This document shows positions 1-12,315 of a stretch of DNA of 64,000 nucleotides, piece after piece. A program made the translations under genes and the position numbers. Source of the stretch: Eledone cirrhosa (taxonomy: Eukaryota); contig OZ024741.1 in NCBI GenBank assembly GCA_964016885.1, positions 159,526,001 through 159,590,000 on the forward strand, written 5' to 3'. Numbering within the stretch: position 1 is the stretch's first letter; the number at the start of each line of letters is the position of its first letter. The notes beneath the pieces were generated by a model that was not told where the DNA came from, did not search any database, and was given only the letters and a program-made list of their open reading frames with translations.

Positions 1-1477
1 CCAGACCACCAACGACAAGCGCCAACCTCTTTGCTAGCACCTTGGCCAAAATCTTGAACTCTGTGTTTAGCAGAGTTATGGGCCTAAAATTATCTATGTT
101 ATCCCCCTTGTTCGGATCCTTTCTCAGCAGCGCCACAGCTCCTCGGCTCACAGAGCTGGGAATTCTCCCATTCTGTTGCCAGTTGCAGTAGACGTCCGCC
201 AAGAGGCCTCCGAACAAGTCTGGCATCTGTACGTAAAGTTCATAGGGCAGACCATCCAAACCAGGCGATTTACCCCTTGTGCAGCTAGTCATTGCCTCCC
301 GTACTTCAGCGGCTGTTATCGGCTTTTCGCAACACTCCGCCTCAGTGGCCGAGAGCCGCGGCAGTCCGTCGAGGTAGACACTAAAGTCCATCCCTCGATC
401 CGGCCCGTCGCTGCCCCCGAACAACTGAGCGAAGTGTCGCTGAAAAGCTTCACACATTTGCCCGGGATCGAGTAGCATGCGCCCGTCGTGGTCCACCAAA
501 GACCGGATCGTGGCTTTGTTGCCACGATGTGCCTCCGCCACTCGGGCCCAATTCTCCCTCTGCTCTATTTTTCTCTATTGCTAAAGCCTTACTAAACCTA
601 ATGGACTCTATTCTAATTGCTCTTTTCAGAGCCAACCACCACTTGTTGTTGACGATGGCCCTCGTCAACGCCCGCTTAACTAGTTCGCTAATCCGGTCTC
701 TGTAGGCCTTGCGCGCTGGTAAGGACGCGTTTAGCTTCCAGTAGCCGGGTCCTCGTCCATGAAGCCTATCTAAGTCAAGTACACAGATCACGAATTTGTG
801 GTCCGTTTAGCTGACTATCTTGAATTGTGGACAGCCTATGCTAGACCTATCTATTTCTCTACAAAATACTCTATCTAGATATGATCTGGATGACCCTATG
901 CGATTTGTCCAAGTCCACATTGGCACATTCGGGAAATCCAATCGGTACCTGTCAGACAGTTCAAAACGCCTGAGCAGGTTGGTGAGGCTCTTGCACCCTC
1001 CTCCCCTATCCGCTAATCCCACACAGTCCCAGCGTGCATCTAAGATCCCGTTCCAGTCGCCCACTAACACTAAAGAGCGGGACGTTCCAAGAAAGGTCTC
1101 CAGACGCCGGAAGAAATCAGGCCGCCCTGCTCCTGTCGGGGCATAGGCGGCCACTAGCCTGAAAGCTTGCTCGTCTCTTCTGGTCACGCCTAGCACAACC
1201 AACTTACCTTCTGGGTCCAGGAAGATGGCCCGTATGGAGAGATCCAAACCTCTCCGAAAAAGCACAGCAACTCCTCCTCCGATCCAGGACGGCTGGGAGA
1301 TGCGTACACATCGTAGCCGCCGAAGATCGGTGCGAAGGCCCGTGCTTCGGAGATTCTGGTCTCGCTGATGGCCACTACATCTATGTTTAGTGACTTGAGG
1401 TCGTTGAGCAGGTGGCCCTGCTTCCATGACGACCCCAAGCCACGCGCATTTATGCTGCCTATTCTGAGTGAGGTCAT
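1..1477 (-). pseudogene. ORF2: APE endonuclease plus start of RT, frameshifted
   Basis: Motifs GSINARGL, AISET, YAP, LVGDWN, WTW..SYLDR and GPGYWKLNAS. Near 1-175 the minus strand reads FRPITLLNTEFKILAKVLA. Split over several frames. Confidence 0.9.
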
Positions 1478-1511
1478 GTTGAAACGGAGTGGAAAAGATG
1501 GGAAAGACCAC

Positions 1512-3187
1512 TTACCTTACTTCTCGTAGTGGAAGGATGGTTTGTCCATTCTTTTCACTGCTTGTGGCCTCCTCCGGAAGGATGTCCTTATAAATCCTCC
1601 TGGAGAGTGTTTGTCGGAAGTCTCCGATGTCTTTGTGTAATTTTTGTTTTAGTGTCATGTACGTTTTCTGTGTGATGCGAGTGATTTGTATGTGTGGAGG
1701 TGGTATGAACTTTTGGGTTGTTGTGTAGTCTTTTTCTGTGATGCTGGTGTTGTGTTGCATGTAGTGTAATAATTGGTTGTTGTTCAAATTTAATGCTGTG
1801 TAGTGTGTATCGTTTTGGTTGTTTTGTTTTGTTTGCGTTTGTTGTGGGTTTGTTTCTGTTACGCTTTTTGGTGACTTTTGTGGTGTTGGTGATGGTGGTG
1901 TTGGGGTTAATGATGGTGATGGTGTTGGTGTTTGTGGTGATGGGGTTGGTGATGCTGGTGTGGATGGTGGCATATCTGTCTTAACTTTCTTGTTCGATAA
2001 TTTATTTGTTTCCCTCTGTATTTTGTTTTTTGAGGGGGAAGGAAGAGAATTTTTTCTATTTTGGTTTCTTTTTTTTTTCTTTTTTCCTGATACCGTTTCC
2101 CACTTCTCGTCGTCACAATCTGTCTCCAGTTGCGATAAGCCGGGGAGTGAAAAATCCTCCACAGGCGTTGGTTTTTTGTTGTGGCGTGGTGGATGGTGTA
2201 GGCGCTGGTGCTAGTTCTGGGGCGTTGGGTGGTGGTGGTGTTGGTTTTGCTACTGTTGCTGGGGTTGTTGCTGTTACAGTTGCTTCTGTTGTTGCTGCTA
2301 TTTCTGCTGCTGGTGGTGTTGATGGTTGAGTCACTGGGGTGGGTAAGAGAGGTGGCCTCAACCTTTTAGCCTGAGGGCAGAAAGCCATTAGGTGGGTTCC
2401 TTCACCACAAACGACACACCTAGGTCTTCTGCCCTCGACGATTACGGTGAGGTGGCTACCGTCAGTGAGGTCTATTACCTCTGGGATCTCTTCAATGCTT
2501 TTATGGTCCGCTTGGATCAGGAGCTCCATCCCAGATCCGGACCAGTTCTCCCGCTTTTCTTTTGCTATTTCTATTATTTTGGTGTTGGCCTCGATGCCGG
2601 CGAGGACGGCAGCCATTAGCCAGGGAATTTCGATGGCCGGTGGAACGTGGGTCACCCTGATCTTCACAAGTCTCTGGCCACAATAGCTTGGGATGAGTGT
2701 GAAGTCGTCACTTCTTAATGGGGCCATGGAGTGTTCTCTGGCCTCCTGTGGTGTGCAAAGAACACCTCAACGGTTTCATACTTCTGCCCACGTCTGATGT
2801 GGGTTTTTTTGCCCACACATGTCCCAAAGCTTTTTGGATTTGGGACTCAGATGCCCGTTCTACTCGGCGCGATTTTATGTTTATTGTCCGATAAGACACG
2901 GTGCATAGGCGACGTTGCTCCATTTTATTAGGGGTGGGTGGGTGGGTGAGGCTGACCCTGTACCCATCTTTCTTTACCATTCCTTTGGCTTCGTCTAATT
3001 CTTCCTGAGTTACCTGAATCGCTTCGCACGTTTTTGCTACTCTGGCAAAACTCAGGGTAGTTTTCTTAATTTCATTGTTGCTGTTGTTATTATCGTTATT
3101 TTTGCTAGTGTTAATTTTAGTTTCAGTTGTGGTGGTGGTGGCGTCAGTGGTGTTCGGTGTGGAATAGTTCATTTTGGTTGAATTCAT
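1512..3187 (-). pseudogene. ORF1 (gag-like, CCHC zinc knuckle), frameshifted
   Basis: ORFs 2708-3187, 2113-2727 and 1512-2162 join by frameshifts. Contains VIVEGRRPRCVVCGEGTHLMAFCP, a Pro/Thr-rich linker and W..V..KKKKK. Confidence 0.75.
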
Positions 3188-3673
3188 TTCGATATCATGA
3201 GTTAATTTATTTTTTTTTCTTTTGTTTCTGTTGTCGCTGTGGTGGTGGGGGTGGTGGTTGTCGCGGTGGTGGTGGTGGTGGCGGCTTTAACACCTGCAGT
3301 CAATGGTAATGGCGGGAAATGAACGTCTGCCTGAGACAAATTTAAAATATTGCTACTGCTTACAATTCCAGTGTTGGCAAACGTAGCAATGTTTACAATG
3401 GTGGTGTCGGTGTGAGGTGTTGGATTGTGAGGAAGGAGTGAATCTGAGTCATCCATTATTTTTCAAAGAAAAAATTTTTTGTTTGATAATTATAAAAAGT
3501 TTAAATTTTGGGCTCAAGGCCCCAATATTTTTGAGTGTCCTTTTCAGAAATCAATGTATGTGCACTTATATATAGTTAACAATAAAAATTTTCCATAAAT
3601 GGCAATTTTAAATAACTGAAAATAACAAACCTTTGCCGAGCTCACGATGATACGATTTACTACGTAGGTCGCC

Positions 3674-3733
<60 letters not shown>
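3674..3733. repeat. (AAT)n microsatellite
   Basis: About 20 perfect AAT units. Confidence 0.95.
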
Positions 3734-3734
<1 letters not shown>

Positions 3735-4109
3735 TTGACTATAAAAACAACTTGAGGAATAAATCGGGAAACAAATAAGAACTAGATCTATAATCTGGTA
3801 TGCTCCGCCAGCATCTCTAGCTATTAAAACACCTTTAGCGCACTTATTTTTTAAAGCCTTGGATAAATGCTTCCCTAGATCACATAAATATTTCTCTATC
3901 TTCAATAGACACACAGTTAAACTTTCTTATTCAACAACTATGAATATTGCTCAAAATATAGCAAAAATAAATAGTAAAAATCTTAATTTGAACCAAAATA
4001 TAAATAGCGATAATAACAATAATAATAATAATAATACATTACTTTATGGGAATAACAATAATAATAACTTAAATACGAATAATAGTAGAACACCTTTAGA
4101 TAATAATAA

Positions 4110-4297
4110 TAATTGTTTCTACTTTTGGCACAAGACCAGCAATTATCTCAGTGGATTACAGGTACTTTATCTTATCGACCCCGTAAGGATGAAAGGCAAA
4201 GTTAACCTCGGCGGGATTTGAACTCAGACCATAAAGGACCGTAACCCTTTGATGCAAAGCATGGCCTCAGACCCTCTACCGATACTGCCAATCGAAT
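4110..4297 (-). mobile_element. Nin-domain tRNA-derived SINE
   Basis: Reverse strand has A box TGGCAGTATCGG, B box GAGTTCAAATC, the core GCCTTTCATCCTTACGGGGTCGATAA and an (ATT)n tail. Confidence 0.85.
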
Positions 4298-5723
4298 AAT
4301 AATATGAATAGTTTAGGGTATAGAAATAACATCGAGAAGAAATGTAACTGTAGAAGGAAGTCAGAATGTCCCTTACAAAATAACTGCTTGAGCAAGAATC
4401 TAGTATATAAATGCACCATTAAGACAAATAATAATATATACAACTACATTGGTGCGGCTTCATCTGAGTTTAAACTTCGTTGGTACAATCATAAAAATTC
4501 CCTTTCGAAACCAGACAAAAAATCTTCACTCTCACTATTAATATGGTCTTTGAAGGATCAGAATATTAAACACTCCATCTCTTGGACACGACTAAAAAAT
4601 GCCAATTCCTATCGGAACGCTTCCATTTCGCCAAATTGCAATCTTTGCAATCTTAAGACTTTATTGATAGTTACAAATTATGACAGTTTAATTAATAAGA
4701 AAAAATAATTATTTAGCAGCTGCCAACATAGAGCCGGTAAAACATTCCAAGCATTATACAAGTTTCGAAAGAATATTGACAATTAATAATTTTTATAATC
4801 ATTTTTATAAATATATTTATATTTATAATTTTTGCCTTACCGGAGTAATAATGTATTGATGTTTTATCTATTATAATAATTTCATTACGAGCCTCTGTAT
4901 CCTAAGTTTTTGATCAGGACAGTTCAATATTTAACTTGAAAATTGTTGATTTTATGGTTTAGAAATATCACTTGATTTCAGAATAGATATATTGTTTAAT
5001 GCTCACATATGGTGAATGAGTTATCTTCCCTTTGTTACATTCTTCGTAAATATTTTACTCTGTTTGAATAGCCTGCTATTTTAATTTTTGATATAAATTA
5101 TATAGTTGAATAATATAAGAATTTCTTTAAAAGGAAACTGTAATAATTTGTAATTACTGAAGTAAATTAAAATTTTTGAGAGTAAATTTAACTAAAATTA
5201 TATGATAACTAAAGATTTGTAATTATATGATAACTAAAGATTTGAAAGATTTTATAAAGGTGTTATATGCATGTATTTTAATATGTTTTAATACAGGTTT
5301 AATAATTATTTAAATATGCTTTAAAGATAATTTTTTAAAATTGTAACAAAATACTTATGGAATATATTACCTAAACCAGAAATTAAAATCTATTGAGTTA
5401 AATTAAATTATATAAATTTTTAATTAAATATGTGAAGGCTATGAAAAGTAATGTATATTGATTAATTTTGATATATTATATTAGTATAATTAGCTTACCC
5501 ATAACCAAATACAAGAGATATTCAATGGTCTATGGTAACTGATTGGTTGACTCAATTGACCTAATATTTGAAAACAACGGTTTTTTCTACTCTTTTGCCG
5601 TTATTTCTTCTTTCTTTCTTCTTTTTATATTTCTTCATCCTTTTCACCCATCTATATATTCATTGATATATGTATTTTTTATTTTTTCTCTTTCTTTTTC
5701 TTATATATACGTATATATATATC

Positions 5724-5754
<31 letters not shown>

Positions 5755-5924
5755 CATATCCTCTTCTTTACACACTCTCTTATATATCTAATTCGCTCCA
5801 CGTCCTTTTCTTCTTTAAGTTTATCATATTATTATTTGTGGTATATAAATGTTAAGATTTGACGAAATAAATCACTGCCAATACTGGAATTGAAATATCA
5901 AGACCGTAGAAGTATGTGATATAT

Positions 5925-6013
5925 CAAATCATATATTTTATCTGACGAGGACGTACTGAAAAAAAAACAACGCAGTACCTTCGAAATATATATAATAAAG
6001 CATATATTTTGAT
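5925..6013 (+). ncRNA. Type I hammerhead ribozyme
   Basis: CTGACGA at 5942, stem II GTACTG/CAGTAC, GAAA at 5983, palindromic TATATATA stem III, AUA site, stem I TTTAT/ATAAA. Confidence 0.8.
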
Positions 6014-6072
6014 TATGTGAATATCTTCATTTGTTAATATTTTGAATAATATATATATATATATATATTTTC

Positions 6073-6686
6073 GTGCATGAGCTGTACGGACCAGCCTTCG
6101 TTCATGCGCAGTACGGACCCGGCTTCGCGCATGTGCAGTACCGACCAGCCTCCGCGCATGCGCATTTCGGACCAGCCTTCGTGCATGCGCACTTCAGACC
6201 AGCCTTCGCGCATGCGCAGTACGGACCAGGCTTCGCGCATACGCACTTCGGACCAGCCTTCGCGTATGCGCATTACGGACCAGCCTTCGCGCATGCGCAC
6301 TTCGGACTAGGCTTCGCGCATGCGCACTTATGACCAGCTTTCGCATATGCGCAGTACGGACCAGCCTTCGCGCATGCGCAGTACGGACCAGCCCCTGCGC
6401 ATACGCAGTACGGAGCAGCCTTTGCGCATGCGCAGTACAGATCAGCCTTAACGCATGCCCACTTCGGTCCAGCCTTCGCACATGCGCACTTCGGACCAGA
6501 TTTCGCGCATGCAAAGTACCGACCAGACTTTCTGCATGCGCAGTATGGACTAGCATTCGCGCATGCGCAGTACGGATCAGCCTTCGCGCATGTGCAGTAC
6601 GGACTAGCCTTCGCGCATGTGCATATCGGACCCGCTTCGTGCATGCGCACTTCGGATTAGACTTTGTGCATGCGCAATACGAACCA
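6073..6686. repeat. GC-rich 27-bp minisatellite, about 22 units
   Basis: Unit TACGGACCAGCCTTCGCGCATGCGCAG; 9-aa periodicity in all overlapping ORFs. Confidence 0.9.
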
Positions 6687-6855
6687 TACATATATAATCA
6701 CTTATGCACACACACATACACACATATACACACACATAATCACACCACACATACATATATATATATATATACGTGTGTGAGTGAGTCTATGTACTTATGC
6801 AATGGTAAAAAGAATATACACCTGTGGATTGAATCATTGGTACTGTAGTAAATTA

Positions 6856-8628
6856 CAGCGTGTAACAAAACAAATTTTTTCTCTGTTCCTGGCTTTTAAT
6901 CACTTTTTTGTGTTGCTTAGGTCCCAAATAAAAAAAAGTGCTATTAAACAGTGAAAAGTTTGGGTTTGTAAAAATTCTAAGCTATTCACTAGAATTATTT
7001 GTATGCCGGATTTTACGTTGTATGTAAGTTTAATTTGCCTATGTTAAAATGATTTTTTTATATGTTTCAGGTTAAATTAAAATTATAAAATAAAGAGTAA
7101 TACCTAAAGAAAATTATAAAAGTGCAATAAAGTGTAAAATTGTTAAAAAGTGGATTAAAGGGATTTATTGATACTGGGGTACCAGAAAAAGTTCCTCACT
7201 TCCCAAACCAAAAAGAAGTCAATGACTTGGTCAGGGATATGGGTCTGACCAAGTCCAATGCAGAGCTATTCGTCTCCAGGATGAAGCAGTGGAACTTGGT
7301 CAAGGAGGAAGTGCAGGTGACATGTCAGAGAAGTCGACACGAACCTTTCTCAGGCTTTTACACTCTTAGGGATGGCCTCTGCTTCTGCCATGACGTGCCT
7401 GGACTGTTTGATGTTATTGGGGTGCCGTTTGTGCCCAAGGAGTGGCGGCTATTTATAGACAGCTCCACCACAAGTTTGAGGGCTGTCCTCCTCCACAATG
7501 GAAACAAGTTCCCGACACTGCCCCTAGCTCATTCAGTCTGCCTGAAGGAAGATTACTAGTGTGAAAGTCCTCTTGGAAGCTCTGCAATACAACCAGTACA
7601 ATTGGGAAATCATTGGAGACTTCAAGATGGTGGCTTTCCTGCTTGGACTCCAAGGAGGCTTTATCAAATTCCAATGCTTCCTCTGCCTTTGGGACAGCAG
7701 AGCCACCTCTGACGACTACAAAAGAAAGAACTGGGAGCAGCGAACAGAATTTGTAGTTGGGACCCGGAACATCATGTGGGAGCCACTGGTTGATCCCGGG
7801 ATTGTGCTCATGCCGCCACTGAACATTAAGTTTGGGTTGATGAAGCAGTTTGCGAAGGCTCTCAACCAAGAATCAGCCGCTTTTAAGTACCTTCTTGAGT
7901 TCTTCCCCAAGTTATCTGAGGTCAAAATCAAAGGTGGAATTTTTGTTGGACCTCAGATAAAGAAGGTGTTTGAGTCTACCGAGTTTTCCAATAAGCTCAA
8001 TAGGATTGAGAGAACAGCATGGAACTGTTTCAAGGCAGTTGTTAAGGGCTTCCTGGGCAACTACAGAGCTGAAAACTACCAGCAACTGGTGCAGGATCTG
8101 ATAAAGGCTTTTGGCGCCATGGGATGCAGGATGTCGCTTAAACTCCATATGCTGGCCGCTCACCTGGAAAAATTCAAGGACAATATGGGCGCCTACTCAG
8201 AAAAACAAGGCGAACAATTCCACCAAGATGTGAAAGAGATAGAGCGGAGGTAGCAGGGCCACTACAATGAAAACATGATGGGGGACTATATCAGGGGGCT
8301 AGTGCGGGAATGCCACCTGGACTACAACCGCAAATCCGGGAAATCCAGTCATTTCTGACGTGTATAAATGTCATTTGTCTTTACTTGTTTGCTTTTGATA
8401 AGCTTGTGTAATAAAATAAATATATACTCTGTTGATTTAATTATATGAACTGATAAATTAAAAAAAAAAATGTGTTTTTTTTTTTTAAATATGAAAATTT
8501 CGAAATATCAAACTCCTGACCACAAACCCAAACTTCTGATTAAATAATAGTGTTTTTTTTAAATAATGGATATAACAAACCAGTAAATGACACTTACAAC
8601 CGGGGAACAAAAAATATGTTACACGGTG
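6856..8628 (+). mobile_element. Chapaev3 (CMC superfamily) DNA transposon, internally deleted
   Basis: TIRs CAGCGTGTAACA..TTTTT..GTTCC and GGAACAAAAAATATGTTACACGGTG; TTA on both flanks (3-bp TSD); contains a transposase. Confidence 0.8.
7170..8358 (+). pseudogene. Chapaev3-type DDE transposase, frameshift near 7560 and stop at 8253
   Basis: NDLVRDMGLTK..AEL..SR.KQWNL, WRLFIDSS..SLRAVLLHNGN, IGDFKM..LLGLQGG..CFLCLWDSRA, LMPPL.IK.GLMKQF, MSLKLH, SEKQGEQFHQD. Confidence 0.85.
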
Positions 8629-8919
8629 TTATCCTTTCCTTATTTCCACATCTTCACATACATACACACAGCCACATATACAGATAATCACACTATCGTC
8701 TATCATTCTATCTACCTACCTATATATCTACGTATTGATCTATCGACCTATCTATCTACCTGCCAACCTACCTGTCTATCTACACCCCCTCTCTCTCTCT
8801 CACACACAAATATCTATTCTAGAGGGTGTGTCTGTTAGATGTATAAATGCATTTCAAGAATTACGAAGAATTTGCAAGTTACTTCATCTGGGGAGGATTA
8901 ATAATGGTTTCTTATATAG

Positions 8920-9118
8920 GCACAAGGCCATCAATTTTGGGGAAGGGGAAAGTCGATTAAATCGATCACTGTGCGTGACTGGTACTTTATTTTATCGACC
9001 CCGTAAGGATGAAAGGCAAAGTAAACCTCGGCGGGATTTGAACTCAGAATGGCAAAGACCGTAACTCTATGCGTCAAAGCATGGTGTCCGACCCTCTACC
9101 GATACTGCCAATTCACCA
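8920..9118 (-). mobile_element. Nin-domain SINE, long variant
   Basis: Same A box, B box and core as other copies, plus the GTCGATTAAATCGA segment. Confidence 0.85.
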
Positions 9119-9124
9119 ATGTCC

Positions 9125-9240
9125 GTTTACAATTGTTTCGCTACATATAATGTTTCTGGATCAAATGATTATAGATCATTATTGATACGGTTCAGTTGAA
9201 AATAATTAACTTAGGTACAATTAGAGCAGCTCATCGGAAC
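9125..9240 (-). ncRNA. Hammerhead-like motif with variant core and long stem II insertion
   Basis: Minus strand reads GTT-CCGATGA-GCTGC...(~80 nt)...GTAGC-GAAAC-AATT-GTA-AAC; lies downstream of the PLE ORF. Confidence 0.55.
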
Positions 9241-9619
9241 TTCAAAAGGAATATAAATTAAAATAAAGAATGTTACATAATGTATTTCACTATGGTGTCC
9301 TGGGTATATCTATTGTCTGCCATAGTCGAGCAATATTCTTCTGTCGAGGCTGCATTGTGTGAGATCTGCCTATGGGTAACAAGAAGCCGCCAATGGACAT
9401 ATTTACCTTACTAATTAGAGGGTGGTTTCAGGGGAAGTAACTCCTCGAGAAATTAGTAATTGTGGGTAGTTTATAGTTAAGAAGTGCTAATTTTTTAATT
9501 TTTTAATTGAGAGACAATGTAAGGGAGGTAACTTATAATTATCTAAGTTAGCTATAACTATTTAACTTATTAGCTATAAGTAAAAATGGAGCTAGATGAC
9601 TATGTTGGGTCAAATATTC

Positions 9620-11550
9620 TGTTGGCGAAGGAATTAGCCCTTCGATGTTGACAGCTAATAGTTACCTCCGTTCTATCGTTAATCGGTAGAGGTCGTGATA
9701 GAGTTATGTAATATGCTTCGGTAAGACAGAAGTCACAAGAGTTTCTTCGTCCATTGAACGGTTGGGCCCTAGCCAAGATATCCCATGTTAGTGAGTGTTC
9801 AATGTTGGTTAATTTAAGGTTGTTAATGAGCCTAGCTAGAGAAGTCGAACATCTATTGTTAGGGTCTCGGAAGGAAAAATAGTGCGCGTTATAGCCTACC
9901 TTAAAAGGGTTAGAGGTAGAGCCGATATAGGAGCTGGTATGCGAAGCAGTTTTAACTGTGCACCTATAAACTATATTGGGTGTCAGGCAATGTCCATTTA
10001 GTGGGCATGCATTAGGGTAACGGCAGTTGCAATTACTTCTGCGGTTAGTGAGAGTAGGGTTGTTTAAACTATGCGGTTGGTCCGTGCTAGAAGGATTAGA
10101 TGGGGGAGGTGTGCTACTAGAGTAAGTATTGGCGTAGTGGTGAGGTGTATTTGATGGGGGTGGTGGTACCGCGGTGTGGGAGTTATACTGTGTTAGTTTA
10201 TGATGGTTACTGAATGCGATGTGGCTAGCTAGGTTGGGTGTTGTGGGGAATAAGATTTTAATGTTGTTTTTATTAAAGAGTTTGTAATATCTATAGTTGG
10301 GGGGGGGGGGGAATGTTTAGATAGGATAGAGAAGAAGCGTTTAGGGATATTAGTGGCTAGATTAGATGAGAATGGGGGGTTAAGCCAGGTGATATTTCTA
10401 GGCCTATTCCTTCTAGGGGTTCTAGTGGAGTTGATAGGGCCTTCATAGGGTTATTATTACCTGGGCATTTCTTATTTGTCATCCCATTGCTCATTCCTAT
10501 TCTAGGGTTGATTTTTAGTTTGCTACTTGGAAAGGGTAGCAGGCCACTGCAACCATTAAGGTTCCCTGTATAGGTGCTGTTACTGCTAAAATTCCGGCGA
10601 ATCTGGCTATATGCTAAGGTATTTCTAGTTCTAGTGTTAAGTTTATTATGGTTGTGGTGAAGTGCTGTGTTATGGCATTTAGGTATGTAGTAAATGGACT
10701 GCTCATAACCAGATTCAGAAAGAGCCTTATTATAATATGCCGCATGGTTTATAAATATCTCCTCATTTTCTGATAGCATGGAAATCCTATACGAGATAGA
10801 TTTGATTACTGCTCTGATGACTGCCGGTGGGTGGTTAGAGTGTGGGATAATATATGCAAGTATTTCACGTGGTTTATCATAAGGGTAATATAGATTATTG
10901 TTAAGATCTAGGGTAACGTCTAGGAAGTTTACTACTTTATGGTTCGGCTCGATGGTGATAGAGAGACCATTATTTTTAAAGAATCTATGTAATTTTTTTT
11001 GAGCAAGTCAATGCCTCGATTAGTGCAATTGAGGACTGCAAATAGGGCGTCGTATATATTCCGCCTTGCAAGGGCTGGATTTCAGCTCTGATGTTATGTA
11101 ATAGGTAAATTCCAACCAAATCGGTGATTTGCGCAGAGTCGCGTGAGCCCATAGTGATGTCAAAGTTGTCTGTTCTGTCTTTTCTAGTCGAGAGTGCTCC
11201 GTTGAATTCAATGATGGTCTGCCTAGCCATAAGTATGATGCCAATCTCATTATTGGTTATGTCAGAGTTGGTGCTGGCTAGGGTTAATGCTTTGTTGAGC
11301 AGTGCCGGGGTTATTGAAGCGTAATAGCTGTCAATGTCAAATTGGAGGAACCTCATAGATTCCTTGGACCTTAGATCGGAGAACCATCTAATGATTTGGC
11401 CGGTGCTGGACCACAACTTGTAGGTGATATCATCTCGTAGCCCAGTGATGATCCTATCAAGGATGTTCTTACTGATACGACCTAAGTCAGATGTGGTTGG
11501 GCTTATAAGTCTAATAGATGGGTTCTCTATAAAGTTATATGGAGTAGCGA
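9620..11550 (-). pseudogene. Penelope-like RT plus GIY-YIG endonuclease (Hydra-like), degraded
   Basis: QFDIDSYYASIT, FDITMGS.DSAQITDLVGIYLL, NFLDVTLDL, HSNHPP, YNKAL.ESGY; C-terminal CNCR..ACPLNGHCL..IVYRCTV..YIGSTS. Confidence 0.85.
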
Positions 11551-11552
11551 AA

Positions 11553-11732
11553 CCGATTTAGTTGGAATTTACCTATTACATAACATCAGAGCTGAAATCC
11601 AACCCTTGCAAGGCGGAATATATAGGGACGACGCCCTATTTGCAACCCACAATTGCACTAATCGAGGCATTGACTTGCTCAAAAAACAATTACATAGATA
11701 CTTTAAAAATAACGGTCTCTCTATCACCATCG
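11553..11732 (+). mobile_element. Inverted duplicate of the PLE RT segment at ~10948-11125
   Basis: Near-identical reverse complement; encodes GGIYRDDALF..GIDLLKKQLHRYFKNNGLSITI. Confidence 0.85.
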
Positions 11733-12127
11733 GTCTCTCTATCACTATCTACATGCATATATACTTGCGTATAATATCAATATACACACTACACATTCTA
11801 GCAGAAAACCACCCGAAGGGTGGTTTTTCTGCTATTTATATTTAATGAGTTAAACAAAAAAGAGTTAGTAAATAAATAAAGAGTTAATAAATAAATAAAT
11901 AAAACGTTATACTTGTTTTCCAATTAAACCGAACGCTATCATGACTGTATGTGTGTGTTTGTGTAAATATATATGTGTGAATGTATGTGTATTTGTGTGA
12001 ATTATGTCCGTGAGTGTTTATTTTTATAAGTTTGTGTTTGTGCCATTATAGTTATATACTCATAATAGTTATATACTCATACATATAGATGTATGTATGT
12101 ATGTGCACACTCATACGCGTCAGTGTG

Positions 12128-12315
12128 TCATCATCAGGTCGAGCTTGCTCGGCTTTCTACGACACGTTTCCTCCATCCATCTCTGTCTCTCATCGCGTTT
12201 GCCAGTTCTCCCGCAGTGCATCCAGTATCGTCCTCAAGTTGCTTGACGTATATCTTCTTGAGACGACCAGCGTTTCTTACTCCATGAGATGGACTCCATA
12301 ACAACACATCACCTG
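12128..12315 (-). mobile_element. RTE-type LINE 3' end
   Basis: LLWSPSHG.RNAGR..IYVKQLEDDTG..ELANAMRDRDGWR, then a stop and a (TGA)n tail. Confidence 0.7.

Larger units (their letters stand above)
1..3672 (-). mobile_element. Tx1/L1-clade non-LTR retrotransposon, 5' part (5'UTR, ORF1, ORF2 start); runs off the window
   Basis: Gag-like ORF1 with a CCHC knuckle, followed by an APE endonuclease and RT start. The 5' end abuts an (AAT)n tract at 3674. Confidence 0.85.
3740..6050 (+). mobile_element. Penelope-like element 3' part (linker, GIY-YIG endonuclease, AT-rich 3' region, pLTR with hammerhead); resembles the Hydra clade
   Basis: RSIIWYAPP..DKCFP..IFNRHTVKLSYS, then CNCRRKSECPLQNNCL..LVYKCTI..YIG..FKLRWYNH..CNLC. 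Interrupted by a SINE at 4110-4297; ends in (TA)n. Confidence 0.8.

Noticed and set aside
6073-6686. CRISPR-like array or repeat protein
   Set aside because: Units are contiguous with no unique spacers, there are no cas genes, and the context is eukaryotic.
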